Source: Octopus sinensis
Taxonomy: Eukaryota
Reading direction: 5' to 3'
Length of the DNA: 64,000 nt
NCBI RefSeq assembly: GCF_006345805.1
Contig: NC_043005.1
Location: forward strand, 46,624,001 to 46,688,000
Made by a program: the position numbers and the translations under genes. The first letter of the stretch is position 1. Every line of letters starts with the position of its first letter. This document shows, piece by piece, positions 27,005 to 38,528 of this stretch. Below the pieces are notes generated by a model, which was not told where the DNA came from, made no database searches, and saw nothing but the letters and a program-made list of their open reading frames with translations.

Positions 27005-27408
27005 GGCGGCGCGCTGGCAGAAACGTTAGCACGCCGGGCGAATTGCTCGGCGGTATTTCGTCTGTCGCTACGTTCTGAGTTCAAATTCCGCCGACGTCGA
27101 CTTTGCCTTTCATCCTTTCGGGGTTGATTAAATAAGTACCAGTTACGCACTGGGGTCGATATTATCGACTTAATCCGTTTGTCTATCCTTGTTCGTCCCC
27201 TCTGTGTTTAGCCCCTTGTGGGTAGTAAAGAAATAGGTATTTCGTCTGCCACTACGTTCTGAGTTCAACTTTTCCGCCGAGATCGACTTTGCCTTCCATC
27301 CTTTCGCGATCGATAAATTAAGTACCAGTTGTGTACTGGGGTCGATCTAATCGACTGACCTCCTTTCCAAAGATTTCGGGCCTTGTGCCTAGAGTAGAAA
27401 AGAATATT
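27005..27408 (+). mobile_element. Family A SINE, dimeric
   Basis: Head plus two body units joined at aaagaaatag|gtatttcgtctg. Confidence 0.9.
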
Positions 27409-27763
27409 TACCGAAGACTTCTATAGATAGAATTAGAATGTAAATTAGAATAATATAAATAAACCGAACTATGCGTCGTGAAAAGACAGGAATATACTCT
27501 TCCTTCAATCCAAGTATTTGCAATACATAAACATCCATCTATTTATTTAACATGTTGGCTTTGTCAGTTAGCCACAAGAGGTAGCTATTCGAAATACAAT
27601 GGTTATATAATCTAGTAATGGACATAAAGTAAAATCAAAGTATATTACAAGTAAAGCCGAAATTTATTCACCAAAAGACCGCTTGCGAAGATTAAAGCAT
27701 ACATTGTAACACTTTGCATATCAACATTTTTACATTTTGACTGATTCTGTATGCTTATTAAGT

Positions 27764-27808
<45 letters not shown>

Positions 27809-27960
27809 TGTGTATGTGTGTGTGTGTGTGTCTGTGTGTGTGCATATACATATATACGTACATGGATACATATAAAATATACAACCATCTATCTATTTAT
27901 TTATCTATCTATCTCATTCTCCCCCCCTATCTCTCTCTCTATGTATATATTGTTGTTATC

Positions 27961-28358
27961 ATTATTTTTTCTACTATAGACACAAGGCTTGAAATTTTGC
28001 GGAAAGGAGCAAGTCGATTACATCGACCCCAGTACTCAACTGGTACTTAATTTATTGACCCCGAAAGGATGAAAGGCAAAGTCGACCTCGGCGGAATTTG
28101 AACTCAGAACGTAGTGGCAGACGAAATACCTATTTCTTTATTACCCACAAGGGGCTAAACATAGAGGGGACAAACAAGGACAGACATAGGTATTAAGTCG
28201 ATTACATCGACCCCAGTGCGTAACTGGTACTTAATTTATCGACCCCGAAAGGATGAAAGGCGAAGTCGACCTCGGCGGAATTTGAAATCACAACGTAACG
28301 ACAGACGAAATACCGCTAAGCATTTCACCCGGTGTGTTAACGATTCTGCCTGCTCGCT
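27961..28358 (-). mobile_element. Family A SINE, dimeric
   Basis: Reverse complement of the same two-unit structure. Confidence 0.9.
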
Positions 28359-28624
28359 AATGTAGGAACTTGGAGAAAATGTGAAATAATTGTTATGGAG
28401 CGGTGAAAACCGAAGCAAATAACGCTATAATTAATATCTTTTAAATAATAGGGCGTAAAATACTTTCGATACAAAAAGTCGAAGGCTGTTTATTGGACTC
28501 CAGTAAATATGGCTGGTATTACTACTATTAGAGCAAAGGAAATCTTCGACTTTCACTGGTAAGAATAAAGTTTTTTTAATTCGAAGGATTGTTTTGGTCC
28601 GATGGTAGAAAGCTTGTAATGTAT

Positions 28625-28655
<31 letters not shown>

Positions 28656-28726
28656 CGCGCGCACGAGTGTCTTTATGTGTTTGCATGAATGTTTGTATGT
28701 GTATGTGTTTGTGGGTGTGTGTCTAT

Positions 28727-28773
<47 letters not shown>

Positions 28774-29081
28774 TTGCAAAGAAGGACGACAAGGAAACCC
28801 ACAGAAAGTTCACACACAAGACATGGACATGCCCACCCTTCATCGGTTATCGGCAAAGATCATCAAAATTTGGAGCCAATATCAATGACATTGTTCAGTT
28901 AAGTGGTGTCAGCTTCAAAGCGGTGCTGGAAAAATAGAACGGACGTAAAGGATGGCGAAAAGGTAAGTAAAATCCAAACGACAACAGAATAAGGACAAAG
29001 CGTTTGGAAAACGACACAGGTTGTCGCTTTATATACATACATGCATAAACATATATACATACATATACGTACATATATTAC

Positions 29082-29462
29082 TCTTTTACTTGTTTCAGTC
29101 ATTTTGACAGTGGCCATGCTGGAGCATCGCCTTTAGTCGAGCAAATCGACCCCAGGACTTATTCTTTGTAGGCCTACTACTTATTCTATCGGTCTCTTTT
29201 ACCGAACCGCTAAGTTACGTGGACGTAAACACACCAGCATCGGTTGTCAAGCGACGTTCGGGGGACAAACACAGACACACAAACATACACACACACACAC
29301 ATATATATATAAATACATATATACGACGGGCTTCTTTTAGTTTCCGTCTACCAAATCCACTCACAAGGCTTTGGTCAGCCCGAGGCTATAGTAGAAAACA
29401 CCTGCCCATGGTGCCACTCCGTGGGACAACCCGGAACCACGTGGTAAACTACTTACCACACA
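29082..29462 (-). mobile_element. SINE family B, near full length
   Basis: Reverse complement of the 57105-57485 structure. Confidence 0.85.
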
Positions 29463-29573
29463 GCCATTTCTACTACTATATATATATATATATATATAAT
29501 AAATAGGGAATAAATCCAAATTTACAGGGAAAAAATCAGATTTAGGATTAAATCCAATTTTATAGTAAAATAT

Positions 29574-29785
29574 TATATAATATTAATTAGAGACAAAACC
29601 ACTATTTTGCAAAACAAACTTCATAAATTGAAACTGATTTGAAAATCGGAAATCCACCTGAAGATTGTCATTAGACATGAAACAATTGTAGTGGCGTTTT
29701 TTTTATTTTTTACTTTTTATTAAAATTTTATGTATTGATTAAGTCTTTCCTTGTTTGTTTTGCAAAATAGTGGTTTTGTCTCTAA

Positions 29786-29798
<13 letters not shown>
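29574..29798. repeat. 46-bp perfect inverted repeat (29574-29619 / 29753-29798) enclosing a hammerhead
   Basis: tatataatattaattagagacaaaaccactattttgcaaaacaaac and its exact reverse complement. Confidence 0.9.
29654..29694 (+). ncRNA. Minimal type-I hammerhead ribozyme (GUA site)
   Basis: ccac-CTGAAGA-t-tgtc-atta-gaca-t-GAA-ACAATTGT-A-gtgg; complete core, 4-bp stems I and II, palindromic stem III, U-U at 10.1/11.1. Confidence 0.8.
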
Positions 29799-29853
<55 letters not shown>

Positions 29854-30083
29854 ATAGCTGAAGCATTAAATTTATCAAGCGACATACTAAGTATGTCTAA
29901 TTGCTGGAAATAACAGTCAAAACTCTTATTTAAATCGCCAAAATACACTGATGACAACTACAGAAATCAACCGAAGGCAAATCAGGTTAAGACATTCTGC
30001 CAACGCACATTTAAGTATTTTGACTCATGTGGACCGGTTTCTTCACTGGCAAAAATAGCCTTAGCTTCTTCGGTGCGCATTAC

Positions 30084-30217
30084 CTTGAAAGAGACATCCG
30101 ACTTATCGTTATGAAGTCTGTGCCGCAACTGATTCGTTTGTGTAGTGTGTGTGTTTATACTTCCTGAAACTTGCCTTTTACGGTAGAAATCTGTGCTAAA
30201 TGGGTAGAATCTACTCA
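30084..30217 (-). other. Weak candidate exon (134 nt), unknown transcript
   Basis: cttacaatttcAG acceptor, aag|GTaatg donor, one open frame (SRFYPFSTDFYRKRQ...SDVSFK); another donor (cat|GTgagt) at 30359. No recognisable domain. Confidence 0.2.
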
Positions 30218-30986
30218 CTGAAATTGTAAGTCTTTGTTTATTATAAAAACATTTATGTCTTCAAAGAGACTTAAAAGATAATGATTTTTTTTGCGACAGT
30301 GCTGGATTTGAAAAGCAAGTAGGGTGCAGCCTATGGTCTTCTAAATTAATTTCACTCACATGGCGTTGGTCTAGTTAAGGCGATGACAAACATATGCAAG
30401 TTTGCTAATTGCCGATGAATCTGATTCAGAACAAACAGGAAAGCCTGCACGGAGGGCCTGGTGTGGGTTGGTCGTAATTTCCTTTTGTTTTTCCTTCCTT
30501 TTTCTCTTGTATGTGGGGCTTATCTTAGTTGATTTCATAGTTGATTTCATAGTTGATTTCATGCAGGTGACCTCCACCTGGGACGTTAGTAACCTGGACG
30601 TTAGTGACTAAGTCACACACACACAAACACACACATGCTCACATACATATACACATGTATGTATGCATTCTGTATACCTACATATATATACATATATGTA
30701 TGTGTGTGCTGTTGTGTAAAGATACTAACGTCTTTGTATATATGTGTACATGTTTGTCTATATGCTAGTGTAAGTGCTAAAAACACGGTAGTAGCATTAG
30801 TTCCTACGGAACAGCCGTTTCGAAGTGGCGATAAACATTGCTTCTCAATATAGTTACCACTTTCATCTCTTAGATATTTTCTAACAAGATACTTTGCTTG
30901 TTGCAAGATCAGTGACTGGTTGTCAATTACTTTTCTATATATTGCGAGCTGGAGCAATCTACAGTTATTTCTAGCAGACGGGTGTC

Positions 30987-31033
30987 TACCACTGAAGATG
31001 ATGACAAATAGCTAGAAACCGGACGGTCAGGTG
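30987..31033 (+). ncRNA. Degenerate type-I hammerhead-like motif between 62-bp direct repeats
   Basis: tacca-CTGAAGA-tgatgacaaatagcta-GAA-ACC-ggac-GGT-C-aggtg; core and stem III intact, stems I and II eroded. Repeats at 30785-30846 and 31141-31202. Confidence 0.5.
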
Positions 31034-31202
31034 TCTCTGTCGCTAGAAAATTGTTGGGCTTCGATTCCGTGCTTGCAATATATATCGGGTGTAGATTGCA
31101 TCGATAAACAGCTGCAGGGGGCGTTCTCTTCGGGTTAAAAACGGTAATAACGTCGGTTGCTACGGAACAGCCATGTAGAAGTGGTGATAAACGTTACTTC
31201 TC

Positions 31203-31580
31203 TAAGGCAGCGATCGATAGAATCGTTAATACGCCCGGGCGAAATGCTTAGCGGTATTTCGTCTGTCTTTACGTTCTGAGTTCAAATTCCGCCGAGGTCG
31301 ACTTTGCCTTTCATCCTTCCAGGGTCGATTAAATAAGTACCAGTTACGCACTGGAGTCGATATAATCGACTTAATCCGTTTGTCTGTCCTTGTTTGTCCC
31401 CTCTGTGTTTAGCCCCTTGTGGGTAGTAACGAAATAGGTATTTCTTCTGCTGTTACGTTCTGAGTTCAAATTCCGCCGAGGTCGACTTTGCCTTTCATCC
31501 TTTCGGGGTCGATAAATTAAGTACCAGTTGCATAATGGGGCCGAGGTAATCGACTGGCCTCCTCCACAAAAGTTTCGGGC
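31203..31580 (+). mobile_element. Family A SINE, dimeric
   Basis: Head plus two body units. Confidence 0.9.
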
Positions 31581-32707
31581 CTTCTTTCATCCCTTATAGT
31601 GATTTCCTAACTAATTACTTTGCTTGATACATTAATATTTTTCCCGAAATGTGCAGGGTTATATAAAGTCACACACTTCTATACATGTAAACTAACACAC
31701 ACTCACTCTTCGAATATGCACTCACACTAAAACATACATACATTATCGCATAATCACACATACTCACACATACGCATACGAAGGGTTCCCTAACATTCAA
31801 CAGTTGACTTTACCCAACTGTGTGTTCATGCGCATGTCATTCATTATACATGTCTGTGTGTGTGCACGGGAGAGTGTGTGCGAGTTTGCATTTGTGTATG
31901 TGTGTGAGTGTTTGTGTGTATGTGTATGTGTATGTGTGTGTATGTGTGTGCTCATTTCTTCTTGTGCATTTCTAATTGACAAAGGACTCACGCATGCATT
32001 TCGACATGCATGAAATAGGGTTAGCGAGCAACAGTATTGTCATCGGTGTGTAGGCGACACTGCCTTTTGTCTCTGTTGTCTCTCCCGGTTTGCAACACTG
32101 CAACGACTGCAGAAATTCCTGCCAGGAAAAAGACAATGCAAATATCTTCCGAGACATGGGTGTGTTCGTCTGCGTGCGTGCCTGCGTGAGCTTGTGTGCG
32201 CATATGTGTGTGTGTGTGTGTGTGCGTGTGTGTGTAGCAAGCTAGATGGTTGTCAAATGCGTTCGTTTTGAAAAACTCAAGATTATAGGGAGAGATTCAT
32301 TCAATCTGTCAGTCGGCATTCCAGATTAAAAATGGTTGCAGCTAGGATTATCGTTGCTGGCGCTATCATAAATTTGCAATATTGATGCTGTTGTGTGAAT
32401 ATTTATTCGACTTGTTCTTGTCAGAATGATCGTGATGATGATGATATTGTTGTTGATATTATTGTTGTTGTTGTTACTGTTTTAGATAATGCCTATTGAT
32501 TATGATGAAAATGATGATGATGATGATGATGATGGTGAAGTATCAAGAAGCAAGAACTATGGCCCAGTATTTCTTCACGAGCATCAAATGAAGAATGGAG
32601 ACATTTAAACAAACATCGAACCGGTTAAATAGAGTTAATACATACACTCACACATCCATACACGCACACTTAAGTATATCTATCTTATCTAGTTTATCTA
32701 TCTGTCC

Positions 32708-32779
<72 letters not shown>

Positions 32780-32809
32780 GTCTGTATGTATGTCTGTCTG
32801 CCTGTCTAT

Positions 32810-32845
<36 letters not shown>

Positions 32846-33559
32846 TTGTCTGTCTATCTATCTATCTACACAGACTCCACCCTATATATATATGCACACA
32901 CTACAAAGCATACTTCAACTTACGTTAGAAGCTGGTTCCAAAACAGGTGACTTAACTCGAAGATAACACGGAAAAACCTTTTCGAAGCTTTATTAACTTA
33001 TATCTATTATAATGAATAATTTGTACATATTTTCACATGTACTTTATTTGACTTACCACTTCAATATTCCATTTTTAAAATGTTTATGCTTTTAAATACG
33101 TACACACATATACACACACACATAAACGCGCACACGCACACACACAAACACACGCACATTTGTGGATTGTGATATGCATTCATGCACTTCCATACACATA
33201 TAACATCCCTCTCACGCGCTTCTTAATGTTTGCTTTTATGTACAATTATATATAAAAGCAACTGAACATTAAACTGATATATTTTAGTGTAAGAGGAACA
33301 CATATGCATTAAATTTTACGAGAAAAAGATTGAACGTGACTTCGAAGTTTTTAGGCTTACTAACCGTCTTCAGATTTTTACAAAAAATAACAATACGATT
33401 TAACAGACCATAATACCTGAATATTTCACGAATAGATGAATAGTCACGAATTTAAATATAAAGCAAATTAAGTTTTAGTCAGATTTGGCCCAGACCAGGA
33501 CTAACTTAAACAACACCACCGGGAAAAGCAATTTAATAATGTTTCCATATTAGTCATTT

Positions 33560-34220
33560 TTTGAGCACCTTCGCACATTCGAGTAGAGTTGTTTGCAGAG
33601 ATATATCCAGCTGTAGGTGGTTTATCTAGAATTTGTTGGCGATATTCATTCAGGACCTGTCTGAATGTTGGGAAACATTTTTCTTTTCTTATGTGTCTTG
33701 GTGTGATATTAATGAGAGCAGGGCCAATTCAGTCGAAATATTTCTGTCTTAGTGTAGTGATGTGACGCGAGCATGATTTTTATAGAGGATGAATGGTACG
33801 GAGACGATGCCTAGGGTGAATTTTAAAGCTGATGCCAACATCATTAAGACAGCGCTTTTGGAATATTTACCATATCCTACAAATGATATGGATCTCACGG
33901 TAGTGTTGGAGGGAATGAAGCTTTAGTTTCAGCAGACGATCACAATAATCAAGACTTGTCATGTTGCCTGTTTTCTTTGTGATCGATCTCTGGATTTCTT
34001 TCATTTTTATGATATTTTGCTTCGTGTAGGTGGGTCACAGTGGACAACAGTATTCAAGACGAGAACGGGCGAAGGTGGACAAAAGAAGGACAATGGCAGG
34101 AGTGTTTCTAGGTCGGAAAGTCCTGAGGATCTAGGAGTGCGTCCTGCGTTCCATGTCGATAGTTACCCGGGGCTCCCTAACGGTGTTTGATGTCATGAAG
34201 TTTTGCCTGAAAGAAGAGTG
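33560..34220 (-). mobile_element. CR1-clade LINE ORF2 3' end, degenerate
   Basis: ILRTFRPRNTPAIVLLLSTFARSRLEYCCPL*PTYTKQNIIKMKEIQRSITKK...LDYCDRLLKLKLHSLQ... then FRQVLNEYRQQILDKPPTAGYISANN, matching CR1 motifs LEYC..W, Y..RL..L.L.SL and FK..LD. Confidence 0.8.
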
Positions 34221-34455
34221 CATGGTAGCTTAAGAGCAACCTCTTTACTTTAGTGAATTAATCCAAATTTATACTCGTTTAGCAGCATAATGTATTTTTC
34301 CGCCCATGAGATAGCAGCAAACAAATCCAACGGGACATTAGTCCGGCCCCTGTCCGGTCAGACGATATTCAGAAGATTATAGTCATTCACAAAAATTCAA
34401 ATGATGCTGTATTTGATGACGTCAATGATGTCATCGATGTAAATAATGAAAAGGA

Positions 34456-34513
34456 GTGCTTTGCAGGAGTGCAGTAGGGTGCTTTGCAGGAGTGCAGTAG
34501 GGTGCTTTGCAGG
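34456..34513. repeat. 23-bp minisatellite, 2.5 copies
   Basis: Unit gtgctttgcaggagtgcagtagg. Confidence 0.9.
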
Positions 34514-34691
34514 ACTCCACTGATGGTTTTGCCGAACTTGATCAAGCACCACCTATCACCACATGCATCCTGTTCATCAGAAAGCATTCAATCCACTTTA
34601 ATCGTTTCCGTCGGTCCCCAATTTTCGTTAGCTTCTCCAATATGACGCTGTGATGCTGTGGTCAACCTTGCCGAAGGCTTTGCTGAACTCC

Positions 34692-34722
<31 letters not shown>

Positions 34723-34894
34723 GGATATATAGGAGAATGTACAAAAAATTCGATTATCATGAGTTATTGGGTGAGTGAAAAATATTGTATTTCATTTTCA
34801 TAAATGAACTTATCAGAAAAATATTACTGGAGACGAAATATATATGGCAAGAGCAGGATATACACAGAGAAAAATGAAAATGAATAAGAAAATA

Positions 34895-35753
34895 TTCGGT
34901 TGAGGAATAATTCATGAGCGTTTTATCAAATTTATTCTAAACTAAAAAAAACTACAAAGAATTAATCAATAATATACTCTCCGTTGTTGTTTACGACATC
35001 TTCCCGTCGTTCAATAAGTTTTCGATGCTTCTGTGATAGAAATCTTCCGGTTTTAACTCAAAGAATTCGTCCAACCAAACCCACAATTCCACGTCATTAT
35101 TGACTGATACACTGCGCGAAGTGTTCGAAAGCGTCGAAAGAGATAAAAAATCTGACGACGCCAAGTCTGGAGAGTATGGAGGATGAGCAAACATTTCCTA
35201 TTCGAGTTCTTGAATCACGGCTTTGGTCATATTGGCGATGTGAACCTTGCCCATTAAGTGATGGTTGTTCACAGCGGATTTTTTAAAAAATCACAATCCA
35301 TTTGCTCCACCAATTCTCTGGTTGTTTGACATGGATATTCATGAAGAAGTTGGTTCAATCGCGCTTCATCGAACTCAGTTGGTCGACCGGTGTGTGATCC
35401 GTCCTTGAGATCGAAATTCACATTTTTGAAGCGCGAAAACCACCAGTGGGCGGTACTTTGAGGCATTGCCCTTTCTGCATACTCAGCACAAATCTCACGA
35501 GCAGCTTCGGCAGCCTTAACACCTCGATTAAATACAAAAAGCAAATGGTGTCGAAGACGTTCAGTTTTGTCGACTTGACATTCCATTTTAATGATCTGAA
35601 AATGCGCAAAAATCAATGAAATTAAAAATAAAAATATACTATCTTGTAGAGAAAAAAATTATCTATCAAATAACGAAACATTTTGCCAATGCGTTTTATT
35701 TCTGCATGCATTTTTAGTTTGCAAAAAAGCTCGTGAATTATTCCTCAAATTAA
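34895..35753 (-). mobile_element. Internally deleted mariner (DD34D) transposon with both TIRs and TA target duplication
   Basis: The N-terminal HTH ORF (35269-35616, ...WFSRFKNVNFDLKD...GRP...TTREL) is joined to the HPPYSPDLASSDF region. TIRs TA|ttcggttgaggaataattcatgagc and TA|ttaatttgaggaataattcacgagc. Confidence 0.92.
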
Positions 35754-36167
35754 TATATATATATATATAAATGCTTGTAGAAATTGTATGCATATGTGGA
35801 CAACAGTTAAAATTACTTTATGGGGAAGGAATAAATAATGTAGTCAATTAAAAATATTCAGTTTAAAATATGAAGCATGGAAATCTGAGCATTCAAAATT
35901 GATGAAAAAGCACTTAAGCATATCTTATCTCATTATAAGGCTCCCCCTCCATGAGAGTCGAAAACTGTTAGATATCTGGTCGTCTCTGTTAGATTCCTTC
36001 TCTTCATTCATGAAAAGTTTCCTTTGAATGTTTTCTTTCTTTTTACTGATTATTTTCTTCCCTGTACGCTTATAAATTTGCTTCATAATCATAGTTTATG
36101 TTAGACATTCGTGAACATACAATTTTAAAGCATTAGCACACACGCTCACACACACATGTGTATACGT

Positions 36168-36202
<35 letters not shown>

Positions 36203-36569
36203 CACATATAAATACATAATTGTCTGTGTGCATTTATGTATGTATACCCAATTTTATTCCATACATACAATTTCTATAACAAAGTATTTTATTTTATTTT
36301 TCTGTGAGTATATTTTATTTGCTGCCATCTCTTTTCTAATCTCTCCTGGCAACAGAACGATTGTCTGTACCCAATTATCTTTTTACGATCTTCAAAATTT
36401 TCTGTTTGTTCCTTTCGCTCATTTCGTGATACCTGTTCAAAGACGTTGTACGAGAAACACCTCAAGGACACTTTATGTGAAAATGTCCAGCTTTCAAAAT
36501 ATATATTAAATAAATCTACTGTCAGTATTGGGAACATTCCTTTTTTGCAGTCATGTTCACACAGAATCC

Positions 36570-36740
36570 AGTTCTATATTTAAGAGATGAGGAATTATGT
36601 ACGTTATTTACATTTGACGGATATTTGTCCTCAACGTTTTGACTGATATACCCTACAGGCTTCATCAGGTGTCTTGGGGAAATTTCGAACCTGGGTTCTC
36701 ATTCCTAAGGTATTTTTCGAGGTTGTTGTTGTTGTTATTA
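36570..36740 (-). repeat. 3' module of a composite tRNA-(AAT)n element, with hammerhead-like remnant at 36632-36673
   Basis: Minus: aaaaataccttaggaatgagaacccaggttcgaaatttccccaa-gacac-CTGATGA-agcctg-tagggtata-tcagtc-aaaacgttg; a homologous copy lies at 38110-38250 (+). Confidence 0.7.
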
Positions 36741-36744
36741 TTAT

Positions 36745-37178
36745 TCAGTAGTTTTATTTTTATAGCGTGCTTTCACTTCACTACCGAGCGCAGCTCTGTG
36801 TGCCTTGGGTATGTGCTGTGATTTGTTGTGATGCTCTGATGGTTATTGTATGGAAAGTGTTCTGCGTAGGATGTGTGCAGTGCCTAGTAGTGCAATTTTC
36901 TGTATGTTATATGTGTTTGTAAGTCCTGGTGTTTTTGTTATGTATTTGTCTGAATATTTTTTTATCATGCCTAATGCACCTACTATGATAGGAATTGTTT
37001 CTGTTTTCAGATTCCACATTCTAGTTACCTCTATTTCCAGGTCTTTGTATTTTGAGAGTTTCTCCATTTCTTTTAGAGACACGTTGTCATCTGCCAGTAT
37101 TGATACATCAATTAGAAAGCATTTTTTTTCTTCATGATCTCTGACAACTATATCTGGTCTGTTGGCCTTAATTTCTCT
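36745..37178 (-). mobile_element. 5'-truncated R4/Dong-type non-LTR retrotransposon: restriction-like endonuclease C-terminus and 3' UTR
   Basis: Open frame 37178->36843: REIKANRPDIVVRDHEEKKCFLIDVSILADDNVSLKEMEKLSKYKDLEIEVTRMWNLKTETIPIIVGALG...QKIALLGTAHILRRTLSIQ*. RLE motif PD...D, flanked by (AAT)n on both sides. Confidence 0.9.
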
Positions 37179-37194
37179 ATTATTATTATTATTA

Positions 37195-37250
<56 letters not shown>

Positions 37251-37276
37251 ATATTATTATTATTATTATTTTGTTA

Positions 37277-37325
<49 letters not shown>

Positions 37326-37326
<1 letters not shown>

Positions 37327-37865
37327 GAGTGAGAGAGCAGTGCATACCATCAAATTGACACTTGGGTAAAATATACGAAGCCCAGTATAGCCATCATGAC
37401 TACGCGTCTGATAAGGTACATGCATCACAACCATATGTGCGCGATATGGTGATCTCATATCAAGATAAACCGCACATGATCTTGCAGGTCGGGCCCAGTT
37501 AGAATTTTCTTCTGGTTGAGTAGACCATCCCGCTCAAATCGTCCCTGAATAAGGATTGTTTAAGGGTGTTGAACGAACCACCCATGTTTCCAAAGGTGAA
37601 TTAGCTAAACCTCTAAGAATTCCTTTAAACACACAGCTATGATGCTTTCCCACTACTTCTGCTCATGATCAGAGATGCACATATCGTTAGCCACTAAGGG
37701 ACATGCTCAACTGGTTAATGTCAAACAACTGACAAGTAAATCTGTGGTATTGAGCTGAATATTTGCTGTAGCCCTTCTTTTATACCAAAACAAATCAATG
37801 TACATGATAACACTTCCAATCAGTTAAAATCAGAAGCCATGAGAGCCAGTCTGATATTGCATCAT
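37326..37865 (-). mobile_element. About 540-bp non-coding dispersed element with (AAT)n tail
   Basis: Homologous copies at 47291-47587 and 47602-48050; all end ...cactcaataataata-type and lie within (AAT)n. Confidence 0.7.
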
Positions 37866-37895
37866 GGCACTTTATTATTATCATTATTGTTGTTG

Positions 37896-37968
<73 letters not shown>

Positions 37969-37970
37969 GA

Positions 37971-38036
37971 TTCAGGTCACTGCATGGAATCGAACTCGGA
38001 ATATTCGGGTTATTAGCCCGCGCCCTTAACCACTAC
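37971..38036 (-). mobile_element. tRNA-like head of the composite element
   Basis: Minus gtagtggttaagggcgcgggctaataacccgaatattccgagttcgattccatgcagtgacctgaat(aat)n has A and B boxes; another head lies at 39925-39984 (+). Confidence 0.7.
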
Positions 38037-38045
38037 ACAATATAT

Positions 38046-38047
38046 GA

Positions 38048-38107
<60 letters not shown>

Positions 38108-38250
38108 CATCAAAAAATACCTTTCAAATGAGAACTCAGGTTCGAAATTTCCCCAAGGCTGGAGTGCATATCAGGCGAAACCTTGTGTTAACCAAAACAA
38201 GATGAGGACAAATATCTGTCAAATGTAAATAATGTAAATAATTCACACAG
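38046..38250 (+). repeat. Inverted partial copy of the composite element (linker plus 3' module)
   Basis: gacctgaat(aat)n-aacatcaaaaaatacc...gctggagtgcatatcaggcGAAACcttgtgtt...gaggacaaatatctgtcaaatgtaaata. Confidence 0.7.
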
Positions 38251-38383
38251 AATCGTTCATCTCTGAATATATTTTATTTCTAACATGACTCTAAATCTTC
38301 TCATGAATCTCTTATGACTCTAAATCTTCACGAAATTCATGCGGCTGAAGATCAGAAAACAAGAAACACACACACAACACACA

Positions 38384-38425
<42 letters not shown>

Positions 38426-38528
38426 ACACACACACGCGCGCGCGCGCGCGCGCATATGCACACACATGCATACGCACACGCACACACGCACTCACATGCA
38501 TGTGTGCGCTTCTTTGTTTACCTGAATA

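Noticed and set aside
29944-29990. CTGATGA...GAAA (similar cases at about 39557, 38345 and 41153)
   Set aside because: No stem II, III or I pairing; consistent with chance heptamer matches.
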